From assembly GCA_963739305.1 (NCBI GenBank), contig CAVTZU010000015.1:1-64000 (forward strand): 64,000 bases of DNA, read 5' to 3'. Each line of letters opens with the position of its first letter. The stretch's first letter is position 1. The stretch comes from Candidatus Bathyarchaeota archaeon (GTDB lineage: Archaea; Thermoproteota; Bathyarchaeia; Bathyarchaeales; Bathycorpusculaceae). A model generated the notes under the pieces. The model made no database searches and had not been told where the DNA came from. It was given only the letters and a program-made list of their open reading frames with translations. This document shows positions 29,356-40,920 of this stretch, piece after piece. A program made the translations under genes and the position numbers.

Positions 29356-30294
29356 TTAACCTGACGTGAAAAGGTAGCTTTTCACCTTGTTCTTGTCGAT
29401 GGCCAGGAGGACGCCTTGGAGCATTCCTTCAGAGTACATGCTGCCTGGGTTCAAGCAGAGGGTTCGCCCGATTTTCGTGGCTCCTTTTGCTTCGTGGATG
29501 TGTCCATGAAGACCGAGCAGCGGTTGACATTCTTTGATTACTTGAAGTACCGCCGTGCTTCCGACGGGAGCTCGTGAAGTGCCACCTTTCACGGGTCTGA
29601 GTTCTTTATCCAGTTCTGGAGCTTCGTCCAGGCCGGTTCCGTATGGGGGGGCATGAAGCGCGAATATTGAGGTTTCCTTGTTTTGGACCTTGGAGGTCAT
29701 GTCCTGTATCTTTTTCAGGAGCTCCTCTTCGCTGCATTCCCGAGGAGTCTTCCAAGGAGTGGGATTAGTCCATCCACAGTTGATCATTTCGTGCCCGCCG
29801 ACTTCTATGACTTTTCCTTCGGCTCTTTCAACGATTTTTGATCCGTCTATTATGGAGTCGATTACGAATCTGTCATCATTTCCTGGCGCGACAAAACACT
29901 TGATGCCCGTTCCTTCCAGAGTCTTCTCGGCGATGTCTATCCACTTTCTCCAACGTTCTTCCATTAATTGACTGAAGATCGCGTCGACCTTGTCCTCATC
30001 CTCGACCAGTTTACCGTACTCTTCAGGCGTCGTGTAGTACTGGTATAGTCCTGAATCCATGATTCTCTTTTCAAAAATAGGAAGGTCCGCTGGATCTTTG
30101 ACGGGATCTTTTCGTCCAAAGTACTGAACGATGATTTTGCCATCGGGATACTTTATGATCGGGCAGATCTCTTTTCCAGTTGTGTCTCCTCCGAGGACTA
30201 TCGCGTCGACCTTGTAGAATTTTCCGGCGCTTACGAATTTTCTCCAGCAAACGTCAGATCCGTGTATGTCTGTCGAGAAGAACAGTTTCAACAT
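29356..30294 (-). CDS. calcineurin-like metallophosphoesterase
   Basis: TDIHG, GGD, PGNDD, HAPP, HGHIHE, NPGS. Confidence 0.93.
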   Translation of the reverse strand: MLKLFFSTDIHGSDVCWRKFVSAGKFYKVDAIVLGGDTTGKEICPIIKYPDGKIIVQYFGRKDPVKDPADLPIFEKRIMDSGLYQYYTTPEEYGKLVEDEDKVDAIFSQLMEERWRKWIDIAEKTLEGTGIKCFVAPGNDDRFVIDSIIDGSKIVERAEGKVIEVGGHEMINCGWTNPTPWKTPRECSEEELLKKIQDMTSKVQNKETSIFALHAPPYGTGLDEAPELDKELRPVKGGTSRAPVGSTAVLQVIKECQPLLGLHGHIHEAKGATKIGRTLCLNPGSMYSEGMLQGVLLAIDKNKVKSYLFTSG

Positions 30295-30384
30295 GGTGAA
30301 TTCCTTTTCCCTTATCGCCGTGCTCGCGTTTTATAAGGATTACGTATTGTATCAAATGAAACAGAACATAAAAAAAGGGAGCTG

Positions 30385-32028
30385 TTATGCTGGTGGTATT
30401 TCTTTGAATGCCAGAGACAGGTCGAGTCCTTTCTGCTTCCAGTAGTAGTATGCGACTGCGTAGATTACTATCGCAACTATGTAAAAGAACACAAGCGTGT
30501 ACGTCGTGAAGTTGGTCCATGGTCCTCCTGCGGCAGCGTAGTCCGGTCCCCAAATGTAGACACTTGCCATTGCGCCGAAGAATATGACGGATAGTACACC
30601 GGCTATCGATAGGACAGGTATTCCTGCGACACTCATTTTCATAGGCATTGTTTCGTATAGCTTCTTCTTTGCGAATGGGAAGACGATTGCGGTCAGTCCC
30701 ACAGCTATGAAGACTGTGAAGACCAGCCAGCCGGCTGCTGATAGAAGAGCTGCAATATTGTAGTTTGGTACGAACTGCAATAAGCCGAATACTATGCCCA
30801 AGATCCATGCTGTTCCAATTGCGTATGTCGGGGTCTTGAATCGGTCACTGACATGAGTGATTCCGGAAGGCAGAAGTCTGTCAAAGGACCATGCGAAAAA
30901 CAATCTGCTTAGCACGATAAGATCCATTATTGCCCACGTTAGGGCCAGTAGCCATAGTGCCAAGTCAATTATGATGCCGAAGATTGGGCTTGGAGCCAAC
31001 CAGTCAAAGAGACTGAAGGGCATTGTCAGCAAGACAGTGGGTAGTTTGAATAGGGCAGGTTGGTTGAATTGAGCCCAGCCAAGTGCTCCGATGAAGTTCG
31101 GGTTTACCACGGCCATAAGACCGATGGAAAGCGCGATTGCTAGGCCACCGTTCAATATCAGTCCACCCCACAGACCTGCCAACTGTCGTTTTCCGCTGTC
31201 TGCGCGTTTCATTTCGCCCGCAACGAAAGAGCTAAAGGTCGCAGTTGTTAGCATTCCTGCGAAGCCAAATATGACCATCAAGCCGAGAGTTTGAGGAAAC
31301 GAGAAGCTTGCGGCGCTTGGAAGTTGATACCCGGCGCTTTGGGCTTGAGTCATTATGTAGTTGTAGGGGTCGTTTACGCCTGGGTAGTATGTGCGTGCAT
31401 AATTGTTGAACATAGTTTGGAAGTTGGCTTGGCTGCCGATGTTTATCAAGACGACGGCGTACAACACCATGGCGATGGCAGAGATAATCGTGATGATTAG
31501 CTGGTAGCGTATGTAAGCCCGCATTCCAGCAATGGTTATAGCCAGCGCAGCGAAACTCATCACAAAGCTAACCAGGAATATTCCAGTTGTCGAGGTCCAG
31601 AACGTCGGGATATTAGCGCTTCCTCCTATGAAGTTTCCGATGAACGGTACGAAAATCGATGCTGAGTACTGCATATTAATAGCGTAGGCCAAGACCCACA
31701 GCATAGCCATGCTGAAGCTGAAGAAGAACCCAATCAACGGGTGAGTTAGTCTGCTGAGGAATACGTATTCGCCTCCAGATCTGGGCATAGCTGAAAGAAA
31801 GTGTGCATAGCACGCGGCAATCAGAAGACCTCCAATCAATGCGAGAACTGCGCCGAGGATGAAGTTTGCTCCGGGAACTAGCGCAAGATAGTACGGTACA
31901 ATGAAAGACACTTCGCCAAGACCTATTCCAGCGGCTACACTGTTCCACAGCACGATGTCTTTGAGATCCATTTCTCTAACGAGTCCAGATGCGCGTCGAA
32001 CGAAAATCGGTTTATCAGAAGCAGTCAT
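30385..32028 (-). CDS. APC family amino-acid permease
   Basis: FVRRASGLVRE, MPRSGGEY, RLFFAWSFDR. Confidence 0.93.
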   Translation of the reverse strand: MTASDKPIFVRRASGLVREMDLKDIVLWNSVAAGIGLGEVSFIVPYYLALVPGANFILGAVLALIGGLLIAACYAHFLSAMPRSGGEYVFLSRLTHPLIGFFFSFSMAMLWVLAYAINMQYSASIFVPFIGNFIGGSANIPTFWTSTTGIFLVSFVMSFAALAITIAGMRAYIRYQLIITIISAIAMVLYAVVLINIGSQANFQTMFNNYARTYYPGVNDPYNYIMTQAQSAGYQLPSAASFSFPQTLGLMVIFGFAGMLTTATFSSFVAGEMKRADSGKRQLAGLWGGLILNGGLAIALSIGLMAVVNPNFIGALGWAQFNQPALFKLPTVLLTMPFSLFDWLAPSPIFGIIIDLALWLLALTWAIMDLIVLSRLFFAWSFDRLLPSGITHVSDRFKTPTYAIGTAWILGIVFGLLQFVPNYNIAALLSAAGWLVFTVFIAVGLTAIVFPFAKKKLYETMPMKMSVAGIPVLSIAGVLSVIFFGAMASVYIWGPDYAAAGGPWTNFTTYTLVFFYIVAIVIYAVAYYYWKQKGLDLSLAFKEIPPA

Positions 32029-32267
32029 CTCTACTTTTTCTCCTTTCCTTATAAGACTGAATCCTAGTGTTGTTTCGGTGAACATTTAAGACTTTCTACG
32101 TTTGGTTTGAGTCAATTTCTTTAATTTGAAAACAACTGTCAAATTAAACACGACACTTGAGCACGGAGAATTGATTAGAAAACTAATTAAACTCCAGCCA
32201 ACGACTCATGTCAATTGCGACGCGTACTCCAAGATTTGCGTCGAACCCTTAAGGATTCAGCAACGCC

Positions 32268-34172
32268 ATGGCTTCGATAACTATCTATTTCAGTCCAGCT
32301 GGACGCAAAGTGAAGGTCAAGGCAGGCACAAACATCTTGAATGCAGCCATAGAAGCAGGCGTAGCCATAAGAGCAGAGTGCGGAGGAAACGGTATCTGCG
32401 GCAAATGCAGAGTGATCGTGCAAGATGAAAAAGCGGCGGGCAAATCATCAGAAGTTGAAAAGAAACATCTTAACGCCGGCGAATTAGGTTCGAGTTACAG
32501 ACTGGCTTGCCAGACATTTCCAAAACAGGACCTTGACGTTCTAGTTCCGAAAGAAACTAGAATCGGTGACCGGAAAATTCTGGTCCAAGGCGTTGAGAAA
32601 AAAACGAAACTTAACCCGATGGTCAAAAAGTTCCACATAAGACTTGAAAAACCTTCGCTATCCGACATCAGACCAGACTTTGAAAGACTCCTCGGAGGTT
32701 TATCAAACTCACAAGAGCTTCACGATTTATCGATTGAATATGAAATTCTGCGACAGTTGCCAGACATTCTTCGCGATGCGAACTGGGATGTCACTGTGAC
32801 CGTTTGGGACAACGACAAAATCGTCGCAGTTGAGGCTGGCGATACCCGGGGAAGGCTGTTCGGACTTGCCGTAGATATCGGCACTTCGAAGGTAGTTGGG
32901 CACCTCGTGGATTTGACAACCGGGAAGACTGTCAGCACCGCTTACACTGAGAATCCTCAAATGCCCTACGGGGCCGACATCATAACGCGGATCGCCTTCG
33001 CCATGCAGAAGGAAGTCAACCGTGAAACCCTGAGAAAAGCAGTCATTGAAGGAATCAACAAGGTCCTGAGGCAGACATGTCTGAAAACCAAAGTGGACAT
33101 GAATCAAATCTACCAAACCGTTCTGGTTGGAAACACAGCCATGCACCATCTTTGTCTTGGAATCCAGCCGAAACACACTGCCCTGTCGCCCTACGTACCG
33201 GCGATAAAGAGCTCTGTAGACCTGCCCGCTGAACAGCTCCACATAGAAATGAACCGCAACGGTATCTGCAGCTTTTTGCCGATCATCGCCGGCTTCGTAG
33301 GGGCAGACGCGGTCGCGGACATCATTGCAACATCACTCTATCAACTGGAAAAGGTATCCATGCTCATAGACATTGGAACGAACACTGAGGTGTTCGTTGG
33401 CAATTTCAAGGATATCGTTACGTGTTCATGCGCGTCTGGTCCTGCTTTTGAGGGAGCTAGGATCAAGCATGGAATGAAGGCTGAAACCGGTGCTATAGAA
33501 AGCCTCTGTTTGGAATCTGACTTCGACGTTGAATTCAAAACTATCGGAAATACCAAGCCCAAGGGCCTTTGTGGGTCGGCAATGATTGACGTTGTTGCGG
33601 AAATGTTCAAGTCGGGAATAGTTGATTCTAAGGGAAGAATTAGCTCGGATCTGAAGACGCCGCGACTCAGAAGAACGGATAAGCAATTGGAATTTGTCAT
33701 TGCTTGGGCAAACGAGACCGGAATTAACAGGGATATCGTGATAACTCAGAAGGACGTTGGAGAGATTCAGCTTGCAAAGGCCGCAATATTCGCTGGATGC
33801 TCTGTGTTGATGAAAGCGCGAAACCTTAAGCAAAAGGATCTAGACAGAGTTCTTGTGGCAGGAACTTTTGGCAGCTACATCAATCCTGAAAATGCAAAGC
33901 TTCTAGGACTCGTACCTGACGTGGCGACGAACAGAATTGAATTTGTAGGAAATACGGCCGTGACAGGAGCAAAGATGGCTTTAGTTTCAAAAGAAGCAAG
34001 GGAGACAAGCGATAGAATATCGAAAGAGATTCGATATCTCGAATTGGCAACTGCTCCTGAATTCAGCAAAGAACTAACTGATGCGATGTTTATTCCCCAC
34101 AGAGACCTAGACAGATTTCCACGCGTGTGCAAGTACCTCAACAAGAACGCGAAAGCGCGAGATTATTTGTGA
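32268..34172 (+). CDS. reductive activator of corrinoid proteins (RACo, 2Fe-2S + ASKHA)
   Basis: CGGNGICGKC, RLACQ, DIGTS, DIGTNTE, GPAFEG, IQLAKAA. Confidence 0.93.
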   Translation: MASITIYFSPAGRKVKVKAGTNILNAAIEAGVAIRAECGGNGICGKCRVIVQDEKAAGKSSEVEKKHLNAGELGSSYRLACQTFPKQDLDVLVPKETRIGDRKILVQGVEKKTKLNPMVKKFHIRLEKPSLSDIRPDFERLLGGLSNSQELHDLSIEYEILRQLPDILRDANWDVTVTVWDNDKIVAVEAGDTRGRLFGLAVDIGTSKVVGHLVDLTTGKTVSTAYTENPQMPYGADIITRIAFAMQKEVNRETLRKAVIEGINKVLRQTCLKTKVDMNQIYQTVLVGNTAMHHLCLGIQPKHTALSPYVPAIKSSVDLPAEQLHIEMNRNGICSFLPIIAGFVGADAVADIIATSLYQLEKVSMLIDIGTNTEVFVGNFKDIVTCSCASGPAFEGARIKHGMKAETGAIESLCLESDFDVEFKTIGNTKPKGLCGSAMIDVVAEMFKSGIVDSKGRISSDLKTPRLRRTDKQLEFVIAWANETGINRDIVITQKDVGEIQLAKAAIFAGCSVLMKARNLKQKDLDRVLVAGTFGSYINPENAKLLGLVPDVATNRIEFVGNTAVTGAKMALVSKEARETSDRISKEIRYLELATAPEFSKELTDAMFIPHRDLDRFPRVCKYLNKNAKARDYL

Positions 34173-34391
34173 CCAATGGTCAAGCTTGAGATGTATCGAT
34201 CACAATCCTTTTCTATTCTCAGTTCTTCTCTGCCTTCTGAGAGATGACTTGCATGCACTGCCATAACGGAAGGATTCTCAGACCAGACTTATCCCCTCTA
34301 CGCCGATTCATCGAAGAACCTTTGCCTCATGGATCATTCAAGGGAATCGCGGATACCCAAAGGAGAAAAGACCGCGCGAGTGTGATCTGAA

Positions 34392-34865
34392 TTGGTTACT
34401 TTGATCGAATGGACTGCAATCCTGTCTGCTGTGGCAGGCCTGGCTGCAACAGTTTTCATTTTGCTCCAGTTTAGACACATGGAACAGCATAGAAACCTTG
34501 AGATTTCGATTAAGTTGTTTGAATGGGCAGAAACCGAGAGGCTTAGAAAAGCCTTCAGGTGGATAGAAGAAGAGTTCGAGTTTGAAAATTATGAGAAATA
34601 CAAGACAGAAGTGGAAAAGGACTTCGAGGTCAGCGACTACCCCTACGAAGTTGAAGCTTTCTTCGAGGAAGTTGGTTTCCTGGTTAACAAAAAGTTCGTC
34701 GATATAGATGTCATCGTAGATCGACTGGGTGCTTACATAGTTTCAAACTGGAAAAAGCTGGAACCATGGATACTCGCGGTGCGAAAAGAGAGGGGCGACA
34801 AAACGTTCGGGGAGCATTTTCAGAAGCTACGTGAAAAGACTGTTGCCTACATGAAAAAGACGTAG
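34392..34865 (+). CDS. DUF4760-like membrane-anchored protein
   Basis: N-terminal TM; FFEEVGFLV...W..LEPWI...R. Confidence 0.75.
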   Translation: MVTLIEWTAILSAVAGLAATVFILLQFRHMEQHRNLEISIKLFEWAETERLRKAFRWIEEEFEFENYEKYKTEVEKDFEVSDYPYEVEAFFEEVGFLVNKKFVDIDVIVDRLGAYIVSNWKKLEPWILAVRKERGDKTFGEHFQKLREKTVAYMKKT

Positions 34866-35003
34866 AAAAGACCTGCAATAGCTTCATAGAGGAGTTTTAG
34901 CCGATATCAAGTTTCAATATATAAACGGTTGAATCCATCAAGCTTTTCGAAAATGGTGAAACGGTTATATTTCTGTTTGCGTACGCTAAGGAAATAGCAT
35001 GTT

Positions 35004-35570
35004 ATGCGGAGACTTCTCATAATGGATGAAGAGAACGAGGAGCAACAGCAAGCCGACGAGAGAATCGAGTCACTTCAGAACGCCTTGGAAACAGAGAAGC
35101 AACGTTCAGAAGACTACTTCACGCAGTTGAAATACGCTAGGGCAGATCTTGAGAACTTCAAGAAGAGATGTGATCGGCAGATTGATGATGCGAGAAAGTA
35201 CAGCAACGAACGCATTGTGGTTGGCTTGCTGGACGTTGTCGACGAGCTTGAATTGGCGATAGAAGCTGCTCGTTCATCCAACTCTACAGAAGCACTCGTT
35301 CAAGGCGTTGAAATGACCCTGAAGAAGCTTAGAAAGATCCTTGAAAATGAGGGAGTGCAACCGATAAAGAGCGTCGGCGAACCCTTCGACCCTCTGAAAC
35401 ACGATGTTATAGCCAAGACCGAAAAAGAGGGAGTCGAGGGATGCATGATAGTTGAAGAAGTGAGAAAGGGATACATGATGAGGGAAAAAGTGATTAGACC
35501 GAGTATAGTTAAGGTTGTCGTGCAACCTTCAAAATCACAAAAGGAGATGGATTCAAATGAGCAATGTTAA
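35004..35570 (+). CDS. grpE: nucleotide exchange factor GrpE
   Basis: [19 protein letters not shown]...RPSIVKV. Confidence 0.95.
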   Translation: MRRLLIMDEENEEQQQADERIESLQNALETEKQRSEDYFTQLKYARADLENFKKRCDRQIDDARKYSNERIVVGLLDVVDELELAIEAARSSNSTEALVQGVEMTLKKLRKILENEGVQPIKSVGEPFDPLKHDVIAKTEKEGVEGCMIVEEVRKGYMMREKVIRPSIVKVVVQPSKSQKEMDSNEQC

Positions 35571-37444
35571 ATCAGGAGAAAAAATCCTGGGAATAGATCT
35601 TGGAACAACCAACTCAGCGGCCGCCATCTACGAAGGCGGAAGATCCACGGTGATCCCGAGCGCTGAAGGACCGACAATGGCCGGGAAAATGTTCCCTTCA
35701 GTCGTGGCTTTCACCAAGGATGGCACACTTTTAGTGGGAGAATCCGCCAAGAGGCAAGCCACCGCAAACCCTGAGGGAACGATTTACGAAATAAAGAGAA
35801 AAATGGGAACTGACTACAAGGTCAACATAGCCGGGAAAGAATATACCCCGCAGCAAATCTCCGCGTTTATTCTGCAGAAGATAAAGAAAGACGCCGAGAC
35901 TTATTTGGGGACCGCGGTGAGGAAAGCCGTCATAACTGTTCCAGCCCACTTCAACGACAATCAGCGACAAGCAACGAAGGACGCAGGGGAAATAGCTGGT
36001 TTGGAGGTCGCCAGAATAATAAACGAGCCAACTGCAGCGTGCTTGGCTTATGGAATTGACAAACTCGAAAAAGAAATGAAGATACTTATTTTCAGCTTTG
36101 GCGGTGGCACCCATGACGTCACGATAATGGACTTCGGAAAAGGAGTCTTCCAAGTGCTTTCAACAAGCGGCGACACCCAGACAGGCGGAACCGACCTTGA
36201 CAAGGCCGTGACTGACTTTCTCATTGAGGAGTTTCAAAGACAGACGGGCGTCAACCTCCGCAACGACCGAACGGCTCTATCAAGACTGAAAGAAGCCTCG
36301 GAGAAAGCAAAGATAGAATTGTCAACACTGATGACCACCGACGTGGATCTGCCTTTCCTCTACAACGACGCTTCTGGACCCAAGCACCTCCACTTGACCC
36401 TGTCAAGAGCGAAGCTTGAATCGCTGGCTCAGCCGATAGTACAAAAGACCGAGCGCACGATGGTAAGGGCTCTCGAAGACGCGAAGCTCACTCCGAAAGA
36501 CATAGACAAAATAATCCTTATCGGCGGAATGACGAGAATGCCCTACGTGCAGAGATTTGTTGAGCAGATCATGGGCAGACCAGCAGAGAGGGGAATAGAC
36601 CCGATGGAATGCGTCGCCATCGGAGCCGCAATACAGGGCGCAGTGCTTACGGGCGAAGTGAAAGATCTGCTGTTACTGGACGTCACTCCATTGTCTCTTG
36701 GTGTCGAAACACTCGGAGGCGTATTCACGAGAATCTTGGAGAAAAACACGACTATCCCGACGAGGAGAAGCCAGATATTCACGACGGCGGCCGATTTTCA
36801 AACTGCCGTGACGATTCACGTTCTCCAAGGCGAACGTCCAATGGCATCTGACAACGTTTCTCTCGGCGTATTCAACTTGGAAGGCATTCCGCCTGCTCCG
36901 AGAGGTGTGCCGCAGATCGAAGTCACCTTTGACATTGATGCAAACGGAATTCTGAACGTGACTGCAAAAGACTTGGGCACCAAGAAAGAAGCAAAGATAA
37001 CCATAACGGCTTCAACGAAACTGTCGAAGGAAGAAAAGGAGCGATTGATCAGACAAGCAGAGGAGTTCGCTGAGCAAGACAAGAAGAAGCGTGAGACTGC
37101 AGACATAAGGAACAACGCTGACAACGCGATCTACACGGCAGAAAAAACGAAGAAAGACTTGGGAGAAAAGCTGACGCAAGATCAAAAGAACAGGATAGAC
37201 GCGGCTGTTTCCGCCCTCAAAGATGCGCTGGCAGGCACCGATGTCGACAAGATGAAAGGCAAAATCCGATGAACTCTCAAAGGTGCTCCAAGAAGTGGGA
37301 ACAGTCATTTACCAGCAGGCAGCTGCTGAACAAGCTAAGCAGCAGGGACAGCCTACCGCTGGAGCGGCAGGTCCTGAACAGGAACAGGAGCCTGGGCCAA
37401 GCGGAGACAGAGTCGTTGATTCAGAGGACTACAAGGTGAAGTAA
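35557..37444 (+). CDS. dnaK: chaperone DnaK (frameshift at ~37255)
   Basis: [28 protein letters not shown]; C-terminus continues in shifted frame to TAA 37442-37444. Confidence 0.96.
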
Positions 37445-37498
37445 CAACTCTGACGTGAACTAGCCCGAAACGTTATCCCCTGACTCGATGGTTGATGG

Positions 37499-38623
37499 AT
37501 GTCTAGCAAAAGAGACTACTATGAGGTTCTAGGCGTCCCCAGAACCGCTTCAAAAGACGAGATAAAAGACGCCTACAGAAAGCTTGCGTTGCAGTACCAC
37601 CCAGACAGAAACAAGGCACCAGACGCTGAGGAAAAGTTCAAGGAGATATCAGAAGCTTACGCCGTTTTGTCGGACGACGAGAAGAGAACACAATATGATC
37701 AGTTAGGTCACGCGGGCTTCGATCAACGCTACACTTCTGAAGACATATTCCGAGGCGCAGACTTCGACTCCATATTCAGGGACATAGGATTCGGTTCAGG
37801 CGGCCTCACAGATGTCTTCAGCTTCTTCTTCGGCGACCGAGGATTCAGGGAAAGAGAAGCAAGAGGGAGAGATCTCGGCTATGAGCTTGAAATAACTCTA
37901 GAAGAGGCCGCAAACGGGGCAGAGAAGGAAATAAGAATCGAAAGGACAGAAAAATGCGATGTCTGCGGAGGCAGCGGAGCAGCCCCGGGAACATCGCCGA
38001 GAATTTGCCCCAGATGTAACGGGTCGGGAAGAGTGCAAGCCACGACGAGAAACGCCTTCGGAACTTTCGTACGAGTCGTATCTTGTCCCACTTGCGGCGG
38101 AAGAGGCAGAATCATTGAAAGATCGTGTCCCAAGTGTAGAGGAAGTGGTCTGATACAGAGAGAACGGCAGATCACGGTGAAGATTCCGCCGGGAATAGAT
38201 GACGGTAACCAGCTCAGGCTTTCGGGGCAAGGAGAGATGGCATCTGGCGCGGAGTATCCTAGTGACCTGTACGTTATTATGCGCATCGCCCCTCATCGAT
38301 ACTTCAAAAGAGACGGCGACGATCTTCTGTACAATTTAACCGTCGGCTTTCCTCAGCTTGCACTAGGAGCCGAGGTTTCAGTTCCAACGCTTGAAGGAAC
38401 CACGACTATGAAGATTCCCTCTGGCACACAACCCGGTGAAATGATTAGGCTGCGAGGGAAAGGCATGCCTAGATTTAGAGGATACGGCAGGGGCGACCTT
38501 CTTGTAAGAGTCAGAATCGCGGTACCTGAGAAATTGACGCAACAGCAGAAATCGCTGCTCGAACAGCTGGCCAAAGAATTTGGTCAGGACGTCAAGCCCA
38601 AAGGTCACAGGCTGAGGATCTAG
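37499..38623 (+). CDS. dnaJ: chaperone DnaJ
   Basis: HPD motif, four CxxCxGxG. Confidence 0.97.
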   Translation: MSSKRDYYEVLGVPRTASKDEIKDAYRKLALQYHPDRNKAPDAEEKFKEISEAYAVLSDDEKRTQYDQLGHAGFDQRYTSEDIFRGADFDSIFRDIGFGSGGLTDVFSFFFGDRGFREREARGRDLGYELEITLEEAANGAEKEIRIERTEKCDVCGGSGAAPGTSPRICPRCNGSGRVQATTRNAFGTFVRVVSCPTCGGRGRIIERSCPKCRGSGLIQRERQITVKIPPGIDDGNQLRLSGQGEMASGAEYPSDLYVIMRIAPHRYFKRDGDDLLYNLTVGFPQLALGAEVSVPTLEGTTTMKIPSGTQPGEMIRLRGKGMPRFRGYGRGDLLVRVRIAVPEKLTQQQKSLLEQLAKEFGQDVKPKGHRLRI

Positions 38624-38666
38624 GCGACGCAAAAAAAGTGGAGATTTGAAGAAGAATTAATCGCTT

Positions 38667-39248
38667 CTAGTAGTTTTCGCAGTAGGCCTCGTAGTAGCTT
38701 CTTGGATGTTGGCAGACGGGGCACTTGTCAGGAACTTCCGCTCCTTCGAAAACGTAGCCGCAGTTCCTGCATTTCCATTTTATCGGTGCGTCTTTCTTGA
38801 AGACTTTGCCTTGTTCAACGTTGGCGAGCAGTTTTAGGTAGCGTCTTTCATGGTATGCTTCGACTTTGGCGACTTGCCGGAAAACTCGGGCGACTTCCTT
38901 GAAACCCTCTTTCTCCGCGAGGTCTGCAAAACCGGGGTAGAGTGTTCCCCATTCGAATTTTTCGCCTTCCGCTGCGGCTTTCAGATTTTGTGCAGTTGTT
39001 CCGACCACTCCTGCGGGGTAGGATGCTTTGATTTCGACTGGGCCTCCTTTGAGTTGATCAAAGAAGAGCTTCGCGTGTTCTTTCTCGTTGTCTGACGTTT
39101 CCTGAAAGATAGCGGAGATTTGTTCAAAGCCTTCTTTTTTTGCTGCGCTCGAGAAGAAGCTGTATCGGGTTCTTGCTTGTGATTCTCCAGCGAACGCTGC
39201 AAGCAGATTCTTTTCGCTTTCGCTTCCTTTAAACTCCATGTTCTTCAA
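38667..39248 (-). CDS. rbr: rubrerythrin
   Basis: AFAGESQA, EKEH, WKCRNCG...CPVC. Confidence 0.95.
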   Translation of the reverse strand: MKNMEFKGSESEKNLLAAFAGESQARTRYSFFSSAAKKEGFEQISAIFQETSDNEKEHAKLFFDQLKGGPVEIKASYPAGVVGTTAQNLKAAAEGEKFEWGTLYPGFADLAEKEGFKEVARVFRQVAKVEAYHERRYLKLLANVEQGKVFKKDAPIKWKCRNCGYVFEGAEVPDKCPVCQHPRSYYEAYCENY

Positions 39249-39392
39249 CCTTCTTGGTTGGCATATTTGGCAATCTGAAATAAAAAGAGTTTGAACGAGT
39301 TGTGTTCTTCGGTCGATTCGCGCGCGAGATCACTGATCATCACATTGCTCTGCAACTGTGCTCCGAATCCTTAAGAGTTCGAGTTGAAGAAT

Positions 39393-40718
39393 ATGACAAC
39401 AGAACAGGAAGAATCCCGTATGGTTGACTATGTTTCAAAGACACCCAAATCCAAAGCCATGTATGAGAGAGCGAGAAGAACGCTTCCCGCAGGAGTCACC
39501 TATGGAATACGTTATTTTGAGCCATATCCGTTCTATGCGGCTAGAGCCAAAGGTAGTAGACTGTGGGACGTTGACGGGAACGAGTACATTGATTTCTGGC
39601 TCGGGCATACAGCGCTCATCCTCGGGCACAGCCCAAAAGAAGTTGTGGGGGAAGTCAAAGAACAGGTCGAAAACGGGACACAGTACGGAGTTTCAAATGA
39701 ACTGGAAGTTGCGTTGGCTGAACAGACCGTGAAGATGGTTCCTTGCGCGGAGATGATTCGGTTTACGAATTCTGGAACTGAAGCCAACATGTACGCTATT
39801 AGGCTGGCAAGAGCGTTCACGGGACGGAACAAGATTGCAAAGTTTGAGGGAGGGTGGCACGGCGGCTACGATGCACTTCACGTCGGCGTTAAACAACCGT
39901 TTGACCTACCTGAATCCGCTGGCTTAACGCCTGGAGCCGTGCAGGACACGCTTCTTCTGCCTTTCAATGACCTCGAAGGAGTTGAAAAGAGACTGAGGCA
40001 CGAGCATCCCGCATGTATCCTTGTCGAACCCATGCTGGGTTCAGGCGGTGGAATCCCGGCTGACAAGGAGTTTCTGAAAGGTTTACGAGAATTCTGCAAT
40101 AAGAGTGACATTCTGCTAATCTTCGATGAAGTGATTACAGGATTCAGGCTGGCACCTGGAGGAGGACAGGAGTATTATGGGGTCACTCCTGACATCACAG
40201 TTCTAGGAAAGATTCTAGGAGGCGGGTTCCCGGTGGGCGCCTTCTGTGGTCCCAGGAGAATAATGAAGAGGCTGGACACGACCACGTACAAACGTCCCCA
40301 TTATTCTTTCCACGGAGGAACATTCGTCGGAAACCCGATTACGATGATCGCGGGATTGACGACTCTGAAAATGTTGGAAGACGGCAAGATAACCACTCGA
40401 CTCAATAGACTTGGAGACAAGATCAGGATGACGATTCGACAGATATTCGGCAAAAACGGGGTTGATGTGCAGAACCTCGGGGCAGGATCGATATTCAACA
40501 CACTCTTCACAGACAAACAGGTATTCGACGCCTCCTCAGCTTCCAGAGCCGACAAAAAGAAACTCTTTGATTACAACATGGCACTAATTGCCAAGGGCAT
40601 ATTCTTCTTGCCAATGCACTCGCAGGCTTTGTCGACCGCCCACTCAAAAGCAGACATCGAGAAGCTGTTCGCTGAAACAGAAGAATACGCAAAGCATCAC
40701 AAGGGGACAGAGGCCTGA
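39393..40718 (+). CDS. class III aminotransferase, glutamate-1-semialdehyde aminomutase-like
   Basis: NSGTEA, FEGGWHG, FDEVITGFR, LGKILGGG. Confidence 0.9.
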   Translation: MTTEQEESRMVDYVSKTPKSKAMYERARRTLPAGVTYGIRYFEPYPFYAARAKGSRLWDVDGNEYIDFWLGHTALILGHSPKEVVGEVKEQVENGTQYGVSNELEVALAEQTVKMVPCAEMIRFTNSGTEANMYAIRLARAFTGRNKIAKFEGGWHGGYDALHVGVKQPFDLPESAGLTPGAVQDTLLLPFNDLEGVEKRLRHEHPACILVEPMLGSGGGIPADKEFLKGLREFCNKSDILLIFDEVITGFRLAPGGGQEYYGVTPDITVLGKILGGGFPVGAFCGPRRIMKRLDTTTYKRPHYSFHGGTFVGNPITMIAGLTTLKMLEDGKITTRLNRLGDKIRMTIRQIFGKNGVDVQNLGAGSIFNTLFTDKQVFDASSASRADKKKLFDYNMALIAKGIFFLPMHSQALSTAHSKADIEKLFAETEEYAKHHKGTEA

Positions 40719-40920
40719 GTTCTGCTTCTTCGTTTTTTTAACCTGATTGATTCTCTAGGTGAGGTTGTCCTGATACCATCAACGTATTGCGTTTGCAGGC
40801 GATTGTCGCTTCAAGCACGCTTATTCGTATTTGGCAATATTATGAGCATAAATACCAGATAAGTGGCATTTATCGCTCTGATGCGAGTTCCACTTTGATC
40901 GAAAAAGAGAGACAGAACTC

